Notes under the pieces: model-generated
The model's database searches: none
The model's input: only the letters and a program-made list of their open reading frames with translations
Told to the model about the DNA's origin: nothing
Assembly: GCF_009914755.1 (NCBI RefSeq)
Contig: NC_060948.1
Length of the DNA stretch: 64,000 nt
Reading direction: 5' to 3' (one strand)
Source: the human T2T-CHM13v2.0 reference genome, Homo sapiens
In this document: piece by piece, positions 1 through 14,204 of the stretch
Layout: every line of letters begins with the position of its first letter
Position numbering within the stretch: position 1 is the stretch's first letter
Made by a program: the position numbers and the translations under genes

Positions 1-955
1 TGGAGTGTTATGGAACGGACTCAAAAGGAATTGAATGTAATAGAATGGAGTGGAGTGGACTCGAATATAATGGACTGGAATGGAATGAAATCACATGGAA
101 TGGGAACGAATGGAATGGAATGGAAAGGAATGGAATCGAATGGAAAGGAATCGAATGGAAGGGAATGAAATTGAATCAACAGGAATGGAAGGGAATAGAA
201 TAGACGGTAATGGAATGGACTCGAATAGAATGGACACGAATGCTCAAATTGAATGGACTCGAATGGAATGGAAACGAAAGGAATGTCATCGAATGGAATT
301 GAATCGATTGGAATGAAATCGCATAGAATGGAGTGGAATCAAATGGAATTGAATCGAAAGGAAAGGAAGCGAATGGACTGAAATGAAATGGAATGGAATT
401 GAATGGAAAGTAATGCAATGGAATAGAATGGAACGAAATTTCACGGAATGGAATCAAACTGAATGGAATCAAATCAATGGAATCCAATCAAATGGAATGG
501 AGTAGATTGGATTGGATGGGATTGGAATGAAATGTACTGGAAAGGACTCGAATTTCATGAAACGGAATGCAATGAATTGGAACGGAATGGACTCGAATGG
601 AATGGAATGTCATAGAATGGCATCAAATGGATTGGCATCAAATGGAATGGAATAGAATGCAATGGAATGCTATGGAATGGAATCGAATGCATTGGAATGG
701 AATGTCCTCTAATGGAATGGATTCGAGTGGAATGGAATCGAATATAATGGAGTCGAATGAAATGGAATTGAAAGGAATGGGATCGAATACAATGGAATAT
801 ACTGGAATGTAATGTAATGAACTCGAATGTAATTGACTGGAATGGAATGTACATGAATGGAATGTAATCGAATGGAAAGTAATCCAATGGAATAGAATCT
901 AATGCAATAAAATCGACTCAGATAGAGTAGAATGTAATGGAATGGAGTGCAGTGC

Positions 956-1050
956 AATGGAATGGAATGGAATGGAATGCAATGGAATGGAATGGAATGG
1001 AATGGAATGGAATGGAATGGAATGGAATGGGATGGAATGGTATGGAATGG
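956..1050 (+). repeat. Near-pure (GGAAT)n tract, length-variable between units (unit 1 copy given)
   Basis: Longest uninterrupted GGAAT run in the unit, between GTGCAGTGCAAT and GATAGTAAT. Copy number and GGGAT/GGTAT interruptions differ between units. Confidence 0.85.
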
Positions 1051-1257
1051 ATAGTAATGGACTGGAGTGAAATGGACTGGAATGGAATGGACTCAAATTG
1101 AAAGGGCTCGAAAGGAATGGAGTCAAATGGAATGGTCTGGAATGGAATGAACACGAATGTAATGCAATCCAATAGAATGGAATCGAATGGCATGGAATAT
1201 AAAGAAATGGAATCGAAGAGAATGGAAACAAATGGAATGGAATTGAATGGAATGGAA

Positions 1258-1411
1258 TTGAATGGAATGGGAACGAATGGAGTGAAATTGTATGCAGTAG
1301 AAGGGAATAGAATGGAATGCAAGCGAAAGGAAAGGAATGGATTGCAATGGAATGGAATTCATTGGAATGGAAGGGAATGTAGTGTAATGGACAGGCCTGG
1401 AATAAAGTGGA
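1258..1411 (+). other. Target of the classic Y1.1/Y1.2 DYZ1 sexing PCR (154 bp span here), containing the unit's conserved EcoRI (1355-1360) and HaeIII/StuI (1393-1398) sites; repeated in each unit
   Basis: TTGAATGGAATGGGAACGAATGG at 1258-1280 and GGACAGGCCTGGAATAAAGTGGA at 1389-1411 (reverse complement TCCACTTTATTCCAGGCCTGTCC). Primer identities are recalled from memory and not database-checked. Confidence 0.8.
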
Positions 1412-1768
1412 ATGCTACGGTCTCGAATGGAATAAAAATGTATGGAATGGAATGCAATGAAACGGAATCGAATGTCATAGAATGTAATGGAATGCAAAAA
1501 AATGGAATCCAAAATCATTGACTGGAAAGGCTGGGTGTCGAAAGGAATTCACTGCAATGGAATGGAATCGAATGGAATGGAAGTGAATAGAATCGAACTA
1601 AATCGAATGGAATGGAATTGATAGGAACGGAATGGAAAGGAATGCAATGATTTGGCATGGAATGGAATCGAATGGCATCGAATGGAATGGAATGGAATGC
1701 AATGGAATGGAATGTATTAGAATGTAATGAACATTAATGGAATGTACTCGAATGGATTCGACTGGAAT

Positions 1769-1783
1769 GGAATGTTCTGGAAG
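1769..1783. promoter_or_regulatory. Perfect 3-unit heat-shock element (nGAAn-nTTCn-nGAAn), site 1 of each DYZ1 unit (unit 1 copy given)
   Basis: gGAAt-gTTCt-gGAAg read directly; matches the HSF1 consensus. Occupancy is not shown by sequence. Confidence 0.6.
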
Positions 1784-2047
1784 TGAATGGACTCCAATGG
1801 AATGGATTCGAAAGGAATGGAATCGAACGGAATGGATTCTAATGGAATGGAATTAAATGGAAAAGAATCAAATTGAATAGCACGGAATTGAATTGAATGG
1901 AATCGAATGCAATGGAATCTAATGAAACGGAAAGGAAAGAATGGAATGGAATAGAATGGGCTGGAATGGAAAGGAATCGAAACGAATGGAATGGAATCGA
2001 ACTGAAGAGACTGGAATGGAATGCACTGGAATGGAAGGGAGTGTAAT

Positions 2048-2062
2048 GGAAGGTTCTCGAAA
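2048..2062. promoter_or_regulatory. Perfect 3-unit heat-shock element, site 2 of each DYZ1 unit (unit 1 copy given)
   Basis: gGAAg-gTTCt-cGAAa read directly. Confidence 0.6.
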
Positions 2063-3543
2063 AAAATGGAATCGAATGGAATGCAATTGAATGGAACGGA
2101 ATAGAGTCGAATGGAATTGAATGGAATGGAATGGACTAGAGTGAAATGGAATCGAACCACAAGGAATGGACAGGAATAGAATGGTCTCGAATTGAATGGA
2201 ATCGTATGGAATGGCATCAAACGGAATGGAATGGACAGCCACGGAATGGAATGCACTCGAATGCAATGGAGTCGAAACTAATGGACTGGAATAGAATGGA
2301 CTCGACTGGTACGGACTCCAATGGAATGGAATCGAATGGAAGGGAATCGAACGGAATGGACTCGAAGGGAAAAGACTGCAATGGAAAGGTCTCGAATGGA
2401 ATGGAAATTAATGGGATGGAATGGAATCGAATGAAATAGAGTCAAAAGGAATGGAATCGAATGGTAAGAAATTGAATGTAATGGAATCGCAAGGAATTGA
2501 TGTGAACGGAACGGAATGGAATGGAATCCAAAGGAATGGAATAGAATGGAATGGAATCGAATGGAAAGGACTCGAATGGAAATCACTCGAATAGAATGCA
2601 ATTTAATAAAATAGGATCAAATGTAATAGAATGGAATGGAAAGGAATCGAAACGGAAGGAATGGAGACAGATGGAATGGAATGGAAGAGAGAGCAATAGT
2701 ATAGAATGGAATGGAATCATCTGGAATGGAATTGAATGGAATGGAATAATATGAAATGGAATGGAATGGAATGGAATGGAATGCCCTTGAATTAAATGGA
2801 CTGGACTCGAACAGAGTGGAATGGAAAGTGTTGAGATAGAATGGAATGGACTCCTTTGGAATGGTGTAGTATGCAATGCAATCGACTGGCAGGGAATCAA
2901 AAGGAATGTAATGGAATGGATTGGACTGGAATGCAATGGACTCGAATAGATTGGAAACGGAATGCAAAGGAATGGAATGGAATAGTATGGAATGCAATGG
3001 AAGGGAATGGAGTGGAATAGACTAGAGTGGAATGGAATGGACTGGAAAGCAATGGACTGGAATGGAACTTTCTTGGATGGATTGGAATCAAACGGAATGG
3101 AATGCAATGCAATCAAATGGCATGGAATAAAATAGAATGAAAGAGAATCAAATGGAATTGAATCGAATGGAATCGAATGGATTGGAAAGGAATAGAATGG
3201 AATGGAATGGAATTGACTCAAATGGAATGGACTAGAATGGAATGGATTCGAATGGAAGACAAAGGAATGGAATCTATTGGAATGGACTGTAATGGAATGG
3301 AATGGAAGGGATTGGAATGGACTCGAATGGAATTGACTGCAATAGAAAGGATTCGAATGGAATGAAAAAGAATTGAATGGAATAGAACAGAATGGAATGA
3401 AATCGAATGAAATGGAATGGAATAGAAAGGAATGGAATGAAATGGAATGGAAAGGATTCGAATGGAATGCAATCGAATGGAATGGAATCGAACGGAATGG
3501 AATAAAATGGAAGAAAACTGGCAAGAAATGGAATCGAAATGAA

Positions 3544-6500
3544 TGGAGTGTTATGGAACGGACTCAAAAGGAATTGAATGTAATAGAATGGAGTGGAGTG
3601 GACTCGAATATAATGGACTGGAATGGAATGAAATCACATGGAATGGGAACGAATGGAATGGAATGGAAAGGAATGGAATCGAATGGAAAGGAATCGAATG
3701 GAAGGGAATGAAATTGAATCAACAGGAATGGAAGGGAATAGAATAGACGGTAATGGAATGGACTCGAATAGAATGGACACGAATGCTCAAATTGAATGGA
3801 CTCGAATGGAATGGAAACGAAAGGAATGTCATCGAATGGAATTGAATCGATTGGAATGAAATCGCATAGAATGGAGTGGAATCAAATGGAATTGAATCGA
3901 AAGGAAAGGAAGCGAATGGACTGAAATGAAATGGAATGGAATTGAATGGAAAGTAATGCAATGGAATAGAATGGAACGAAATTTCACGGAATGGAATCAA
4001 ACTGAATGGAATCAAATCAATGGAATCAAATCAAATGGAATGGAGTAGATTGGATTGGATGGGATTGGAATGAAATGTACTGGAAAGGACTCGAATTTCA
4101 TGAAACGGAATGGAATGAATTGGAACGGAATGGACTCGAATGGAATGGAATGTCATAGAATGGTATCAAATGGAATGGCATCAAATGGAATGGAATCGAA
4201 TGCAATGGAATGCTATGGAATGGAATGGAATGCATTGGAATGGAATGTCCTCTAATGGAATGGATTCGAGTGGAATGGAATCGAATATAATGGAGTCGAA
4301 TGAAATGGAATTGAAAGGAATGGGATCGAATACAATGGAATATACTGGAATGTAATGTAATGACCGCGAATGTAATTGACTGGAATGGAATGTACATGAG
4401 TGGAATGTAATCGAATGGAAAGTAATCCAATGGAATAGAATCTAATGCAATAAAATCGACTCAGATAGTGTAGAATGTAATGGAATGGAGTGCAGTGCAA
4501 TGGAATGGAATGGAATGGAATGCAATGGAATGGAATGGAATGGAATGGAATGGAATGGAATGGAATGGAATGGGATGGAATGGTATGGAATGGATAGTAA
4601 TGGAGTGGAGTGAAATGGACTGGAAAGGAATGGACTCAAATTGAAAGGGCTCGAAAGGAATGGAGTCAAATGGAATGGTCTGGAATGGAATGAACACGCA
4701 TGTAATGCAATCCAATAGAATGGAATCGAATGGCATGGAATATAAAGAAATGGAATCGAAGAGAATGGAAACAAATGGAATGGAATTGAATGGAATGGAA
4801 TTGAATGGAATGGGAACGAATGGAGTGAAATTGTATGCAGTAGAAGAGAATAGAATGGAATGCAAGCGAAAGGAAAGGAATGGATTGGAATGGAATGGAA
4901 TTCATTGGAATGGAAGGGAATGTAGTGTAATGGACAGGCCTGGAATAAAGTGGAATGCTACGGTCTCGAATGGAATAAAAATGTATGGAATGGAATTCAA
5001 TGAAACGGAATCGAATGTCATAGAATGTAATGGAATGCAAAAAAATGGAATCCAAAATCATTGACTGGAAAGGCTGGGTGTCGAAAGGAATTGACTCCAA
5101 TGGAATGGAATCGAATGGAATGGAAGTGAATAGAATCGAACTAAATCGAATGGAATGGAATTGATAGGAACGGAATGGAAAGGAATGCAATGATTTGGCA
5201 TGGAATGGAATCGAATGGCATCGAATGGAATGGAATGGAATGCAATGGAGTGGAATGTATTAGAATGTAATGAAAATTAATGGAATGTACTCGAATGGAT
5301 TCGACTGGAATGGAATGTTCTGGAAGTGAATGGACTCCAATGGAATGGATTCGAATGGAATGGAATCGAACGGAATGGAATCTAATGGAATGGAATTAAA
5401 TGGAAATGAATCAAATTGAATAGCACGGAATTGAATTGAATGGAATCGAATGCAATGGAATCTAATGAAACGGAAAGGAAAGGAATGCAATGGAATGGAA
5501 TGGGCTGGAATGGAAAGGAATCGAAACGAATGGAATGGAATCGAACTGAAGAGACTGGAATGGAATGCACTGGAATGGAAGGGAGTGTAATGGAAGGTTC
5601 TCGAAAAAAATGGAATCGAATGGAATGGAATTGAATGGAACGGAATAGAGTCGCATGGAATTGAATGGAATGGAATGGACTAGAGTGAAATGGAATCGAA
5701 CGAAAAGGAATGGACAGGAATAGAATGGTCTCGAATTGAATGGAATCGTATGGAATGGCATCAAACGGAATGGAATGGACAGCCACGGAATGGAATGCAC
5801 TCGAATGCAATGGAGTCGAAACTAATGGACTGGAATAGAATGGACTCGACTGGTACGGACTCCAATGGAATGGAATCGAATGGAAGGGAATCGAACGGAA
5901 TGGACTCGAAGGGAAAAGACTGCAATGGAAAGGTCTCGAATGGAATGGAAATTAATGGAATGGAATGGAATCGAATGAAATGGAGTCAAAAGGAATGGAA
6001 TCGAATGGCAAGAAATCGAATGTAATGGAATCGCAAGGAATTGATGTGAACGGAACGGAATGGAATGGAATCCAAAGGAATGGAATAGAATGGGATGGAA
6101 TCGAATGGAAAGGACTCGAATGGAAATCACTCGAATAGAATGCAATTTAATAAAATAGGATCAAATGTAATAGAATGGAATGGAAAGGAATCGAAACGGA
6201 AGGAATGGAGACAGACGGAATGGAATGGAACAGAGAGCAATGGTATAGAATGGAATGGAATCATCTGGAATGGAATTGAATGGAATGGAATGATATGAAA
6301 TGGAATGGAATGGAATGGAATGGAATGCCCTTGAATTAAATGGACTGGAATCGAACAGAGTGGAATGGAAAGTGTTGAGATAGAATGGAATGGACTCCTT
6401 TGGAATGGTGTAGTATGCAATGCAATCGACTGGCAGGGAATCAAAAGGAATGTAATCGAATGGATAGGACTGGAATGCAATGGACTCGAATAGATGGGAA

Positions 6501-7087
6501 ACGGAATGCAAAGGATTGGAATGGAATAGTATGGAATGCAATGGAAGGGAATGCAGTGGAATAGACTAGAGTGGAATGGAATGGACTGGAAAGCAATGGA
6601 CTGGAATGGAACTTTCTTGGATGGACTGGAATCAAACGGAATGGAATGCAATGCAATCAAATGGCATGGAATAAAATAGAATGAAAGAGAATCAAATGGA
6701 ATTGAATCGAATGGAATCGAATGGATTGGAAAGGAATAGAATGGAATGGAATGGAATTGACTCAAATGGAATGGACTAGAATGGAATGGATTCGAATGGA
6801 AGGCAAAGGAATGGAATCTATTGGAATGGACTGTAATGGAATGGAATGGAAGGGAGTGGAATGGACTCGAATGGAATGGACTGCAATAGAAAGGATTCGA
6901 ATGGAATGAAAAAGAATTGAATGGAATAGAACAGAATGGAATCAAATCGAATGAAATGGAATGGAATAGAAAGGAATGGAATGAAATGGAATGGAAAGGA
7001 TTCGAATGGAATGCAATCGAATGGAATGGAATCGAACGGAATGGAATAAAATGGAAGAAAACTGGCAAGAAATGGAATCGAAATGAA
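3544..7087 (+). repeat. DYZ1 unit 2 (3544 bp)
   Basis: Landmark spacing (ORF-track MECYG starts at 3543 and 7087). Shares a 15-bp deletion and TCTTGGATGG with unit 1. Confidence 0.9.
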
Positions 7088-10000
7088 TGGAGTGTTATGG
7101 AACGGACTCAAAAGGAATTGAATGTAATAGAATGGAGTGGAGTGGACTCGAATATAATGGACTGGAATGGAATGAAATCACATGGAATGGGAACGAATGG
7201 AATGGAACGGAAAGGAATGGAATCGAATGGAAAGGAATCGAATGGAAGGGAATGAAATTGAATCAACAGGAATGGAAGGGAATAGAATAGACTGTAATAG
7301 AATGGACTCGAATAGAATGGACACGAATGCTCAAATTAAATGGACTCGAATGGAATGGAAACGAAAGGAATGTCATCGAATGGAATTGAATCGATTGGAA
7401 TGAAATCGCATAGAATGGAGTGGAATCAAATGGAATTGAATCGAAAGGAAAGGAAGCGAATGGACTGAAATGAAATGGAATGGAATTGAATGGAAAGTAA
7501 TGCAATGGAATAGAATGGAACGAAATTTGACGGAATGGAATCAAACTGAATGGAATCAAATCAATGGAATCAAATCAAATGGAATGGAAAGGAATTGAAT
7601 GGAGTAGATGGGATTGGATGGGATTGGAATGAAATGTACTGGAAAGGACTCGAATTTCATGAAACGGAATGGAATGAATTGGAACGGAATGGACTCGAAT
7701 GGAATGGAATGTCATGGAATGGCATCAAATGGAATGGCATCAAATGGAATGGAATCGAATGCAATGGAATGCTATGGAATGGAATGGAATGCATTGGAAT
7801 GGAATGTCCTCTAATGGAATGGATTCGAGTGGAATGGAATTGAATATAATGGAGTCGAATGAAATGGAATTGAAAGCAATGGGATCGAATACAATGGAAT
7901 ATACTGGAATGTAACGTAATGAACTCGAATGTAATTGACTGGAATGGAATGTACATGAATGGAATGTAATCGAATGGAAAGTAATCCAATGGAATAGAAT
8001 CTAATGCAATAAAATCGACTCAGATAGAGTAGAATGTAATGGAATGGAGTGCAGTGCAATGGAATGGAATGGAATGGAATGCAATGGAATGGAATGGAAT
8101 GGAATGGAATGGGATGGAATGGTATGGAATGGATAGTAATGGACTGGAGTGAAATGGACTGGAAAGGAATGGACTCAAATTGAAAGGGCTCGAAAGGAAT
8201 GGAGACAAATGGAATGGTCTGGAATGGAATGAACACGAATGTAATGCAATCCAATAGAATGGAGTCGAATGGCATAGAATATAAAGAAATGGAATCGAAG
8301 AGAATGGAAACAAATGGAATGGAATTGAATGGAATGGAATTGAATGGAATGGGAACGAATGGAGTGAAATTGTATGCAGTAGAAGAGAATAGAATGGAAT
8401 GCAAGCGAAAGGAAAGGAATGGATTGGAATGGAATGGAATTCATTGGAATGGAAGGGAATGTAGTGTAATGGACAGGCCTGGAATAAAGTGGAATGCTAC
8501 GGTCTCGAATGGAATAAAAATGTATGGAATGGAATGCAATGAAACGGAATCGAATGTCATAGAATGTAATGGAATGCAACAAAATGGAATCCAAAATCAT
8601 TGACTGGAAAGGCTGGGTGTCGAAAGGAATTGACTCCAATGGAATGGAATCGAATGGAATGGAAGTGAATAGAATCGAACTAAATTGAATGGAATGGAAT
8701 TGATAGGAACGGAATGGAAAGGAATGCAATGATTTGGCATGGAATGGAATCGAATGGCATCGAATGGAATGGAATGGAATGCAATGGAATGGAATGTATT
8801 AGAATATAATGAACTTTAATGGAATGTACTCGAATGGATTCGACTGGAATGGAATGTTCTGGAAGTGAATGGACTCCAATGGAATGGATTCAAAAGGAAT
8901 GGAATCGTACGGAATGGAATCTAATGGAATGGAATTAAATGGAAATGAATCAAATTGAATAGCACGGAATTGAATTGAATGGAATCGAATGAAATGGAAT
9001 CTAATGAAACGGAAAGGAAAGGAATGCAATGGAATGGAATGGGCTGGAATGGAAAGGAATCGAAACGAATGGAATGGAATCGAACTGAAGAGACTGGAAT
9101 GGAATGCACTGGAATGGAAGGGAGTGTAATGGAAGGTTCTCGAAAAAAATGGAATCGAATGGAATGGAATTGAATGGAACGGAATAGAGTCGAATGGAAT
9201 TGAATGGAATGGAATGGACTAGAGTGAAATGGAATCGAACCACAAGGAATGGACAGGAATAGAATGGTCTCGAATTGAATGGAATCGTATGGAATGGCAT
9301 CAAACGGAATGGAATGGACAGCCACGGAATGGAATGCACTCGAATGCAATGGAGTCGAAACTAATGGACTGGAATAGAATGGACTCGACTGGTACGGACT
9401 CCAATGGAATGGAATCGAATGGAAGGGAATCGAACGGAATGGACTCGAAGGGAAAAGACTGCAATGGAAAGGTCTCGAATGGAATGGAAATTAATGGAAT
9501 GGAATGGAATCGAATGAAATGGAGTCAAAAGGAATGGAATCGAATGGCAAGAAATCGAATGTAATGGAATCGCAAGGAATTGATGTGAACGGAACGGAAT
9601 GGAATGGAATCCAAAGGAATGGAATAGAATGGAATGGAATCGAATGGAAAGGACTCGAATGGAAATCACTCGAATAGAATGCAATTTAATAAAATAGGAT
9701 CAAATGAAATGGAATGGAATGGAAAGGAATCGAAACGAAAGGAATGGAGACAGATGGAATGGAATGGAACAGAGAGCAATGGTATAGAATGGAATGGAAT
9801 CATCTAGAATGGAATTGAATGGAATGGAATAATATGAAGTGGAATGGAATGGAATGGAATGGAATGCCCTTGAATTAAATGGACTGGACTCGAACAGAGT
9901 GGAATGGAAAGTGTTGAGATAGAATGTAATGGACTCCTTTGGAATGGTCTAGTATGCAATGCAATCGACTGGCAGGGAATCAAAAGGAATGTAATCGAAT

Positions 10001-10626
10001 GGATTGGACTGGAATGCGATGGACTCGAATAGATTGGAAACGGAATGCAAAGGAATGGAATGGAATAGTATGGAATGGAATGGAAAGGAATGGAGTGGAA
10101 TAGACTAGAGTGGAATGGAATGGACTGGAAAGCAATGGACTGGAATGGAAGATTCTTGAATGGACTGGAATCAAACGGAATGGAATGCAATGCAATCAAA
10201 TGGCATGGAATAAAATAGAATGAAAGAGAATCAAATGGAATTGAATCGAATGGAATCGAATGGATTGGAAAGGAATAGAATGGAATGGAATGGAATTGAC
10301 TCAAATGGAATGGACTAGAATGGAATGGATTCGAATGGAAGGCAAAGGAATGGAATCTATTGGAATGGACTGTAATGGAATTGAATGGAAAGGATTGGAA
10401 TGGACTCGAATGGAATGGACTGCAATAGAAAGGATTCGAATGGAATGAAAAAGAATTGAATGGAATAGAACAGAATGGAATCAAATCGAATGAAATGGAA
10501 TGGAATAGAAAGGAATGGAATGAAATGGAATGGAAAGGATTCGAATGGAATGTAATCGAATGGAATGGAATCGAACGGAATGGAATAAAATGGAAGAAAA
10601 CTGGCAAGAAATGGAATCGAAATGAA
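7088..10626 (+). repeat. DYZ1 unit 3 (3539 bp)
   Basis: Landmark spacing 7087->10626. Confidence 0.9.
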
Positions 10627-13600
10627 TGGAGTGTTATGGAACGGACTCAAAAGGAATTGAATGTAATAGAATGGAGTGGAGTGGACTCGAATATAATGGA
10701 CTGGAATGGAATGAAATCACATGGAGTGGGAACGAATGGAATGGAATGGAAAGGAATGGAATCGAATGGAAAGGAATCGAATGGAAGGGAATGAAACTGA
10801 ATCAACAGGAATGGAAGGGAATAGAATAGACGGTAATGGAATGGACTCGAATAGAATGGACACGAATGCTCAAATTGAATGGACTCCAATGGAATGGAAA
10901 CGAAAGGAATGTCATCGAATAGAATTGAATCGACTGGAATGAAATCGCAAGAATGGAGTGGCATCAAATGGAATTGAATCGAAAGGAAAGGAAGCGAATG
11001 GACTGAAATGAAATGGAATGGAATTGAATGGAAAGTAATGCAATGGAATAGAATGGAATGAAATTTCACGGAATGGAATCAAACTGAAAGGAATCAAATC
11101 AATGGAATCTAATCAAATGGAATGGAAAGGATTTGAATGGAGTAGATTGGATTGGATGGGATTGGAGTGAAATGTACTGGAAAGGACTCGAATTTCATGA
11201 AACGGAATGGAATGAATTGGAACGGAATGGACTCGAATGGAATGGAATGTCATGGAATGGCATCAAATGGAATGGCATCAAATGGAATGGAATCGAATGC
11301 AATGGAATGCTATGGAATGGAATGGAATGCATTTTAATGGAATGTCCTCTAATGGAATGGATTCGAGTGGAATGGAATCGAATATAATGGAGTCGAATGA
11401 AATGGAATTGAAAGGAATGGGATCGAATACAATGGAATATGCTGGAATGTAATGTAATGAACTCGAATGTAATTGACTGGAATGGAATGTACATGAATGG
11501 AATGTAATCGAATGGAAAGTAATCCAATGGAATAGAATCTAATGCAATAAAATCGACTCAGATAGAGTAGAATGTAATGGAATGGAGTGCAGTACAATGG
11601 AATGGAATGGAATGCAATGGAATGGAATGGAATGGAATGGAATGGAATGGAATGGAATGGGATGGAATGGGATGGAATGGTATGGAATGGATAGTAATGG
11701 ACTGGAGTGAAATGGACTGGAAAGGAATGGACTCAAATTGAAAGGGCTCGAAAGGAATGGAGTCAAATGGAATGGTCTGGAATGGAATGAACACGAATGT
11801 AATGCAATCCAATAGAATGGAATCGAATGGCATGGAATATAAAGAAATGGAATCGAAGAGAATGGAAACAAATGGAATGGAATTGAATGGAATGGAATTG
11901 AATGGAATGGGAACGAATGGAGTGAAATTGTATGCAGTAGAAGGGAATAGAATGGAATGCAAGCGAAAGGAAAGGAATGGATTGGAATGGAATGGAATTC
12001 ATTGGAATGGAAGGGAATGTAGTGTAATGGACAGGCCTGGAATAAAGTGGAATGCTACGGTCTCGAATGGAATAAAAATGTATGGAATGGAATGCAATGA
12101 AACGGAATCGAATGTCATAGAATGTAATGGAATGCAAAAAAATGGAATCCAAAATCATTGACTGGAAAGGCTGGGTGTCGAAAGGAATTGACTCCAATGG
12201 TATGGAATCGAATGGAATGGAAGTGAATAGAATCGAACTAAATCGAATGGAATGGAATTGATAGGAACGGAATGGAAAGGAATGCAATGAATTGGCATGG
12301 AATGGAATCGAATGGCATCGAATGGAATGGAATGGAATGCAATGGAATGGAATGTATTAGAATGTAATGAACTTTAATGGAATGTACTCGAATGGATTCG
12401 ACTGGAATGGAATGTTCTGGAAGTGAATGGACTCCAATGGAATGGATTCAAAAGGAATGGAATCGTACGGAATGGAATCTAATGGAATGGAATTAAATGG
12501 AAATGAATCAAATTGAATAGCACGGAATTGAATTGAATGAAATGGAATGCAATGGAATCTAATGAAACGGAAAGGAAAGGAATGGAATGGAATGGAATGG
12601 GCTGGAATGGAAAGGAATCGAAACGAATGGAATGGAATCGAACTGAAGAGACTGGAATGGAATGCACTGGAATGGAAGGGAGTGTAATGGAAGGTTCTCG
12701 AAAAAAATGGAATCGAATGGAATGGAATTGAATGGAACGGAATAGAGTCGAATGGAATTGAATGGAATGGAATGGACTAGAGTGAAATGGAATCGAACCA
12801 CAAGGAATGGACAGGAATAGAATGGTCTCGAATTGAATGGAATCGTATGGAATGGCATCAAACGGAATGGAATGGACAGCCACGGAATGGAATGCACTCG
12901 AATGCAATGGAGTCGAAACTAATGGACTGGAATAGAATGGACTCGACTGGTACGGACTCCAATGGAATGGAATCGAATGGAAGGGAATCGAACGGAATGG
13001 ACTCGAAGGGAAAAGACTGCAATGGAAAGGTCTCGAATGGAATGGAAATTAATGGAATGGAATGGAATCGAATGAAAGGGAGTCAAAAGGAATGGAATCG
13101 AATGGCAAGAAATCGAATGTAATGGAATCGCAAGGAATTGATGTGAACGGAACGGAATGGAATGGAATCCAAAGGAATGGAATAGAATGGAATGGAATCG
13201 AATGGAAAGGACTCGAATGGAAATCACTCGAATAGAATGCAATTTAATAAAATAGGATCAACTGTAATGGAATGGAATGGAAAGGAATCGAAACGAAAGG
13301 AATGGAGACAGATGGAATGGAATGGAACAGAGAGCAATGGTATAGAATGGAATGGAATCATCTGGAATGGAATTGAATGGAATGGAATAATATGAAATGG
13401 AATGGAATGGAATGGAATGGAATGGAATGGAATGCCCTTGAATTAAATGGACTGGAATGGAATGGACTCGAACAGAGTGGAATGGAAAGTGTTGAGATAG
13501 AATGCAATGGACTCCTTCGGAATGGTCTAGTATGCAATGCAATCGACTGGCAGGGAATCAAAAGGAATGTAATCGAATGGATTGGACTGGAATGCAGTGG

Positions 13601-14204
13601 ACTCGAATAGATTGGAAACGGAATGCAAAGGAATGGAATGGAATAGTATGGAATGGAATGGAAAGGAATGGAGTGGAATAGACTAGAGTGGAATGGAATG
13701 GACTGGAAAGCAATGGACTGGAATGGAACTTTCTTGAATGGACTGGAATCAAACGGAATGGAATGCAATGCAATCAAATGGCATGGAATAAAATAGAATG
13801 AAAGAGAATCAAATGGAATTGAATCGAATGGAATCGAATGGATTGGAAAGGAATAGAATGGAATGGAATGGAATTGACTCAAATGGAATGGACTAGAATG
13901 GAATGGATTCGAATGGAAGGCAAAGGAATGGAATCTATTGGAATGGACTGTAATGGAATGGAATGGAAGGGATTGGAATGGACTCGAATGGAATGGACTG
14001 CAATAGAAAGGATTCGAATGGAATGAAAAAGAATTGAATGGAATAGAACAGAATGGAATCAAATCGAATGAAATGGAATGGAATAGAAAGGAATGGAATG
14101 AAATGGAATGGAAAGGATTCGAATGGAATGCAATCGAATGGAATGGAATCGAACGGAATGGAATAAAATGGAAGAAAACTGGCAAGAAATGGAATCGAAA
14201 TGAA
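10627..14204 (+). repeat. DYZ1 unit 4 (3578 bp)
   Basis: Landmark spacing 10626->14204. Carries the GCAAGAAT 1-bp deletion variant. Confidence 0.9.
13725..13739. promoter_or_regulatory. Perfect 3-unit heat-shock element, site 3 of each DYZ1 unit (unit 4 copy given; imperfect in units 1-2)
   Basis: gGAAc-tTTCt-tGAAt read directly. Units 1 and 2 have ...tTTCt-tGGAt instead. Confidence 0.6.

Larger units (their letters stand above)
1..3543 (+). repeat. DYZ1 unit 1 (3543 bp; unit origin set arbitrarily at TGGAGTGTTATGG)
   Basis: Landmark TGGAGTGTTATGG at 1 recurs at 3544. Private 1-bp deletion near 1939 (AAAGGAAAGAATGG) and extra EcoRI site at 1545-1550. Confidence 0.9.

Noticed and set aside
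1401-1436. AATAAA polyadenylation-like hexamers (also near 906 and 2605) in each unit
   Set aside because: They arise easily from AATGG->AATAA variants in an A-rich repeat. There is no clear downstream GU-rich element or transcript evidence.
2583-3524. Long minus-strand ORFs (259-313 aa, FHSIP-rich) recurring in each unit, and all other ORFs in the track
   Set aside because: (CATTC)n and (GGAAT)n have no stop codons in any frame, so long 5-aa-periodic ORFs are expected. The frames are shifted freely by 5- and 10-bp indels between units and show no recognisable domain.
11105-11115. GAATCTAATCA, a near match to the DUX4 motif TAATCTAATCA, in some units
   Set aside because: The mismatch falls in the TAAT core and the motif is present only in a subset of units. 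DUX4 binding is established for HSat2 rather than for this repeat.
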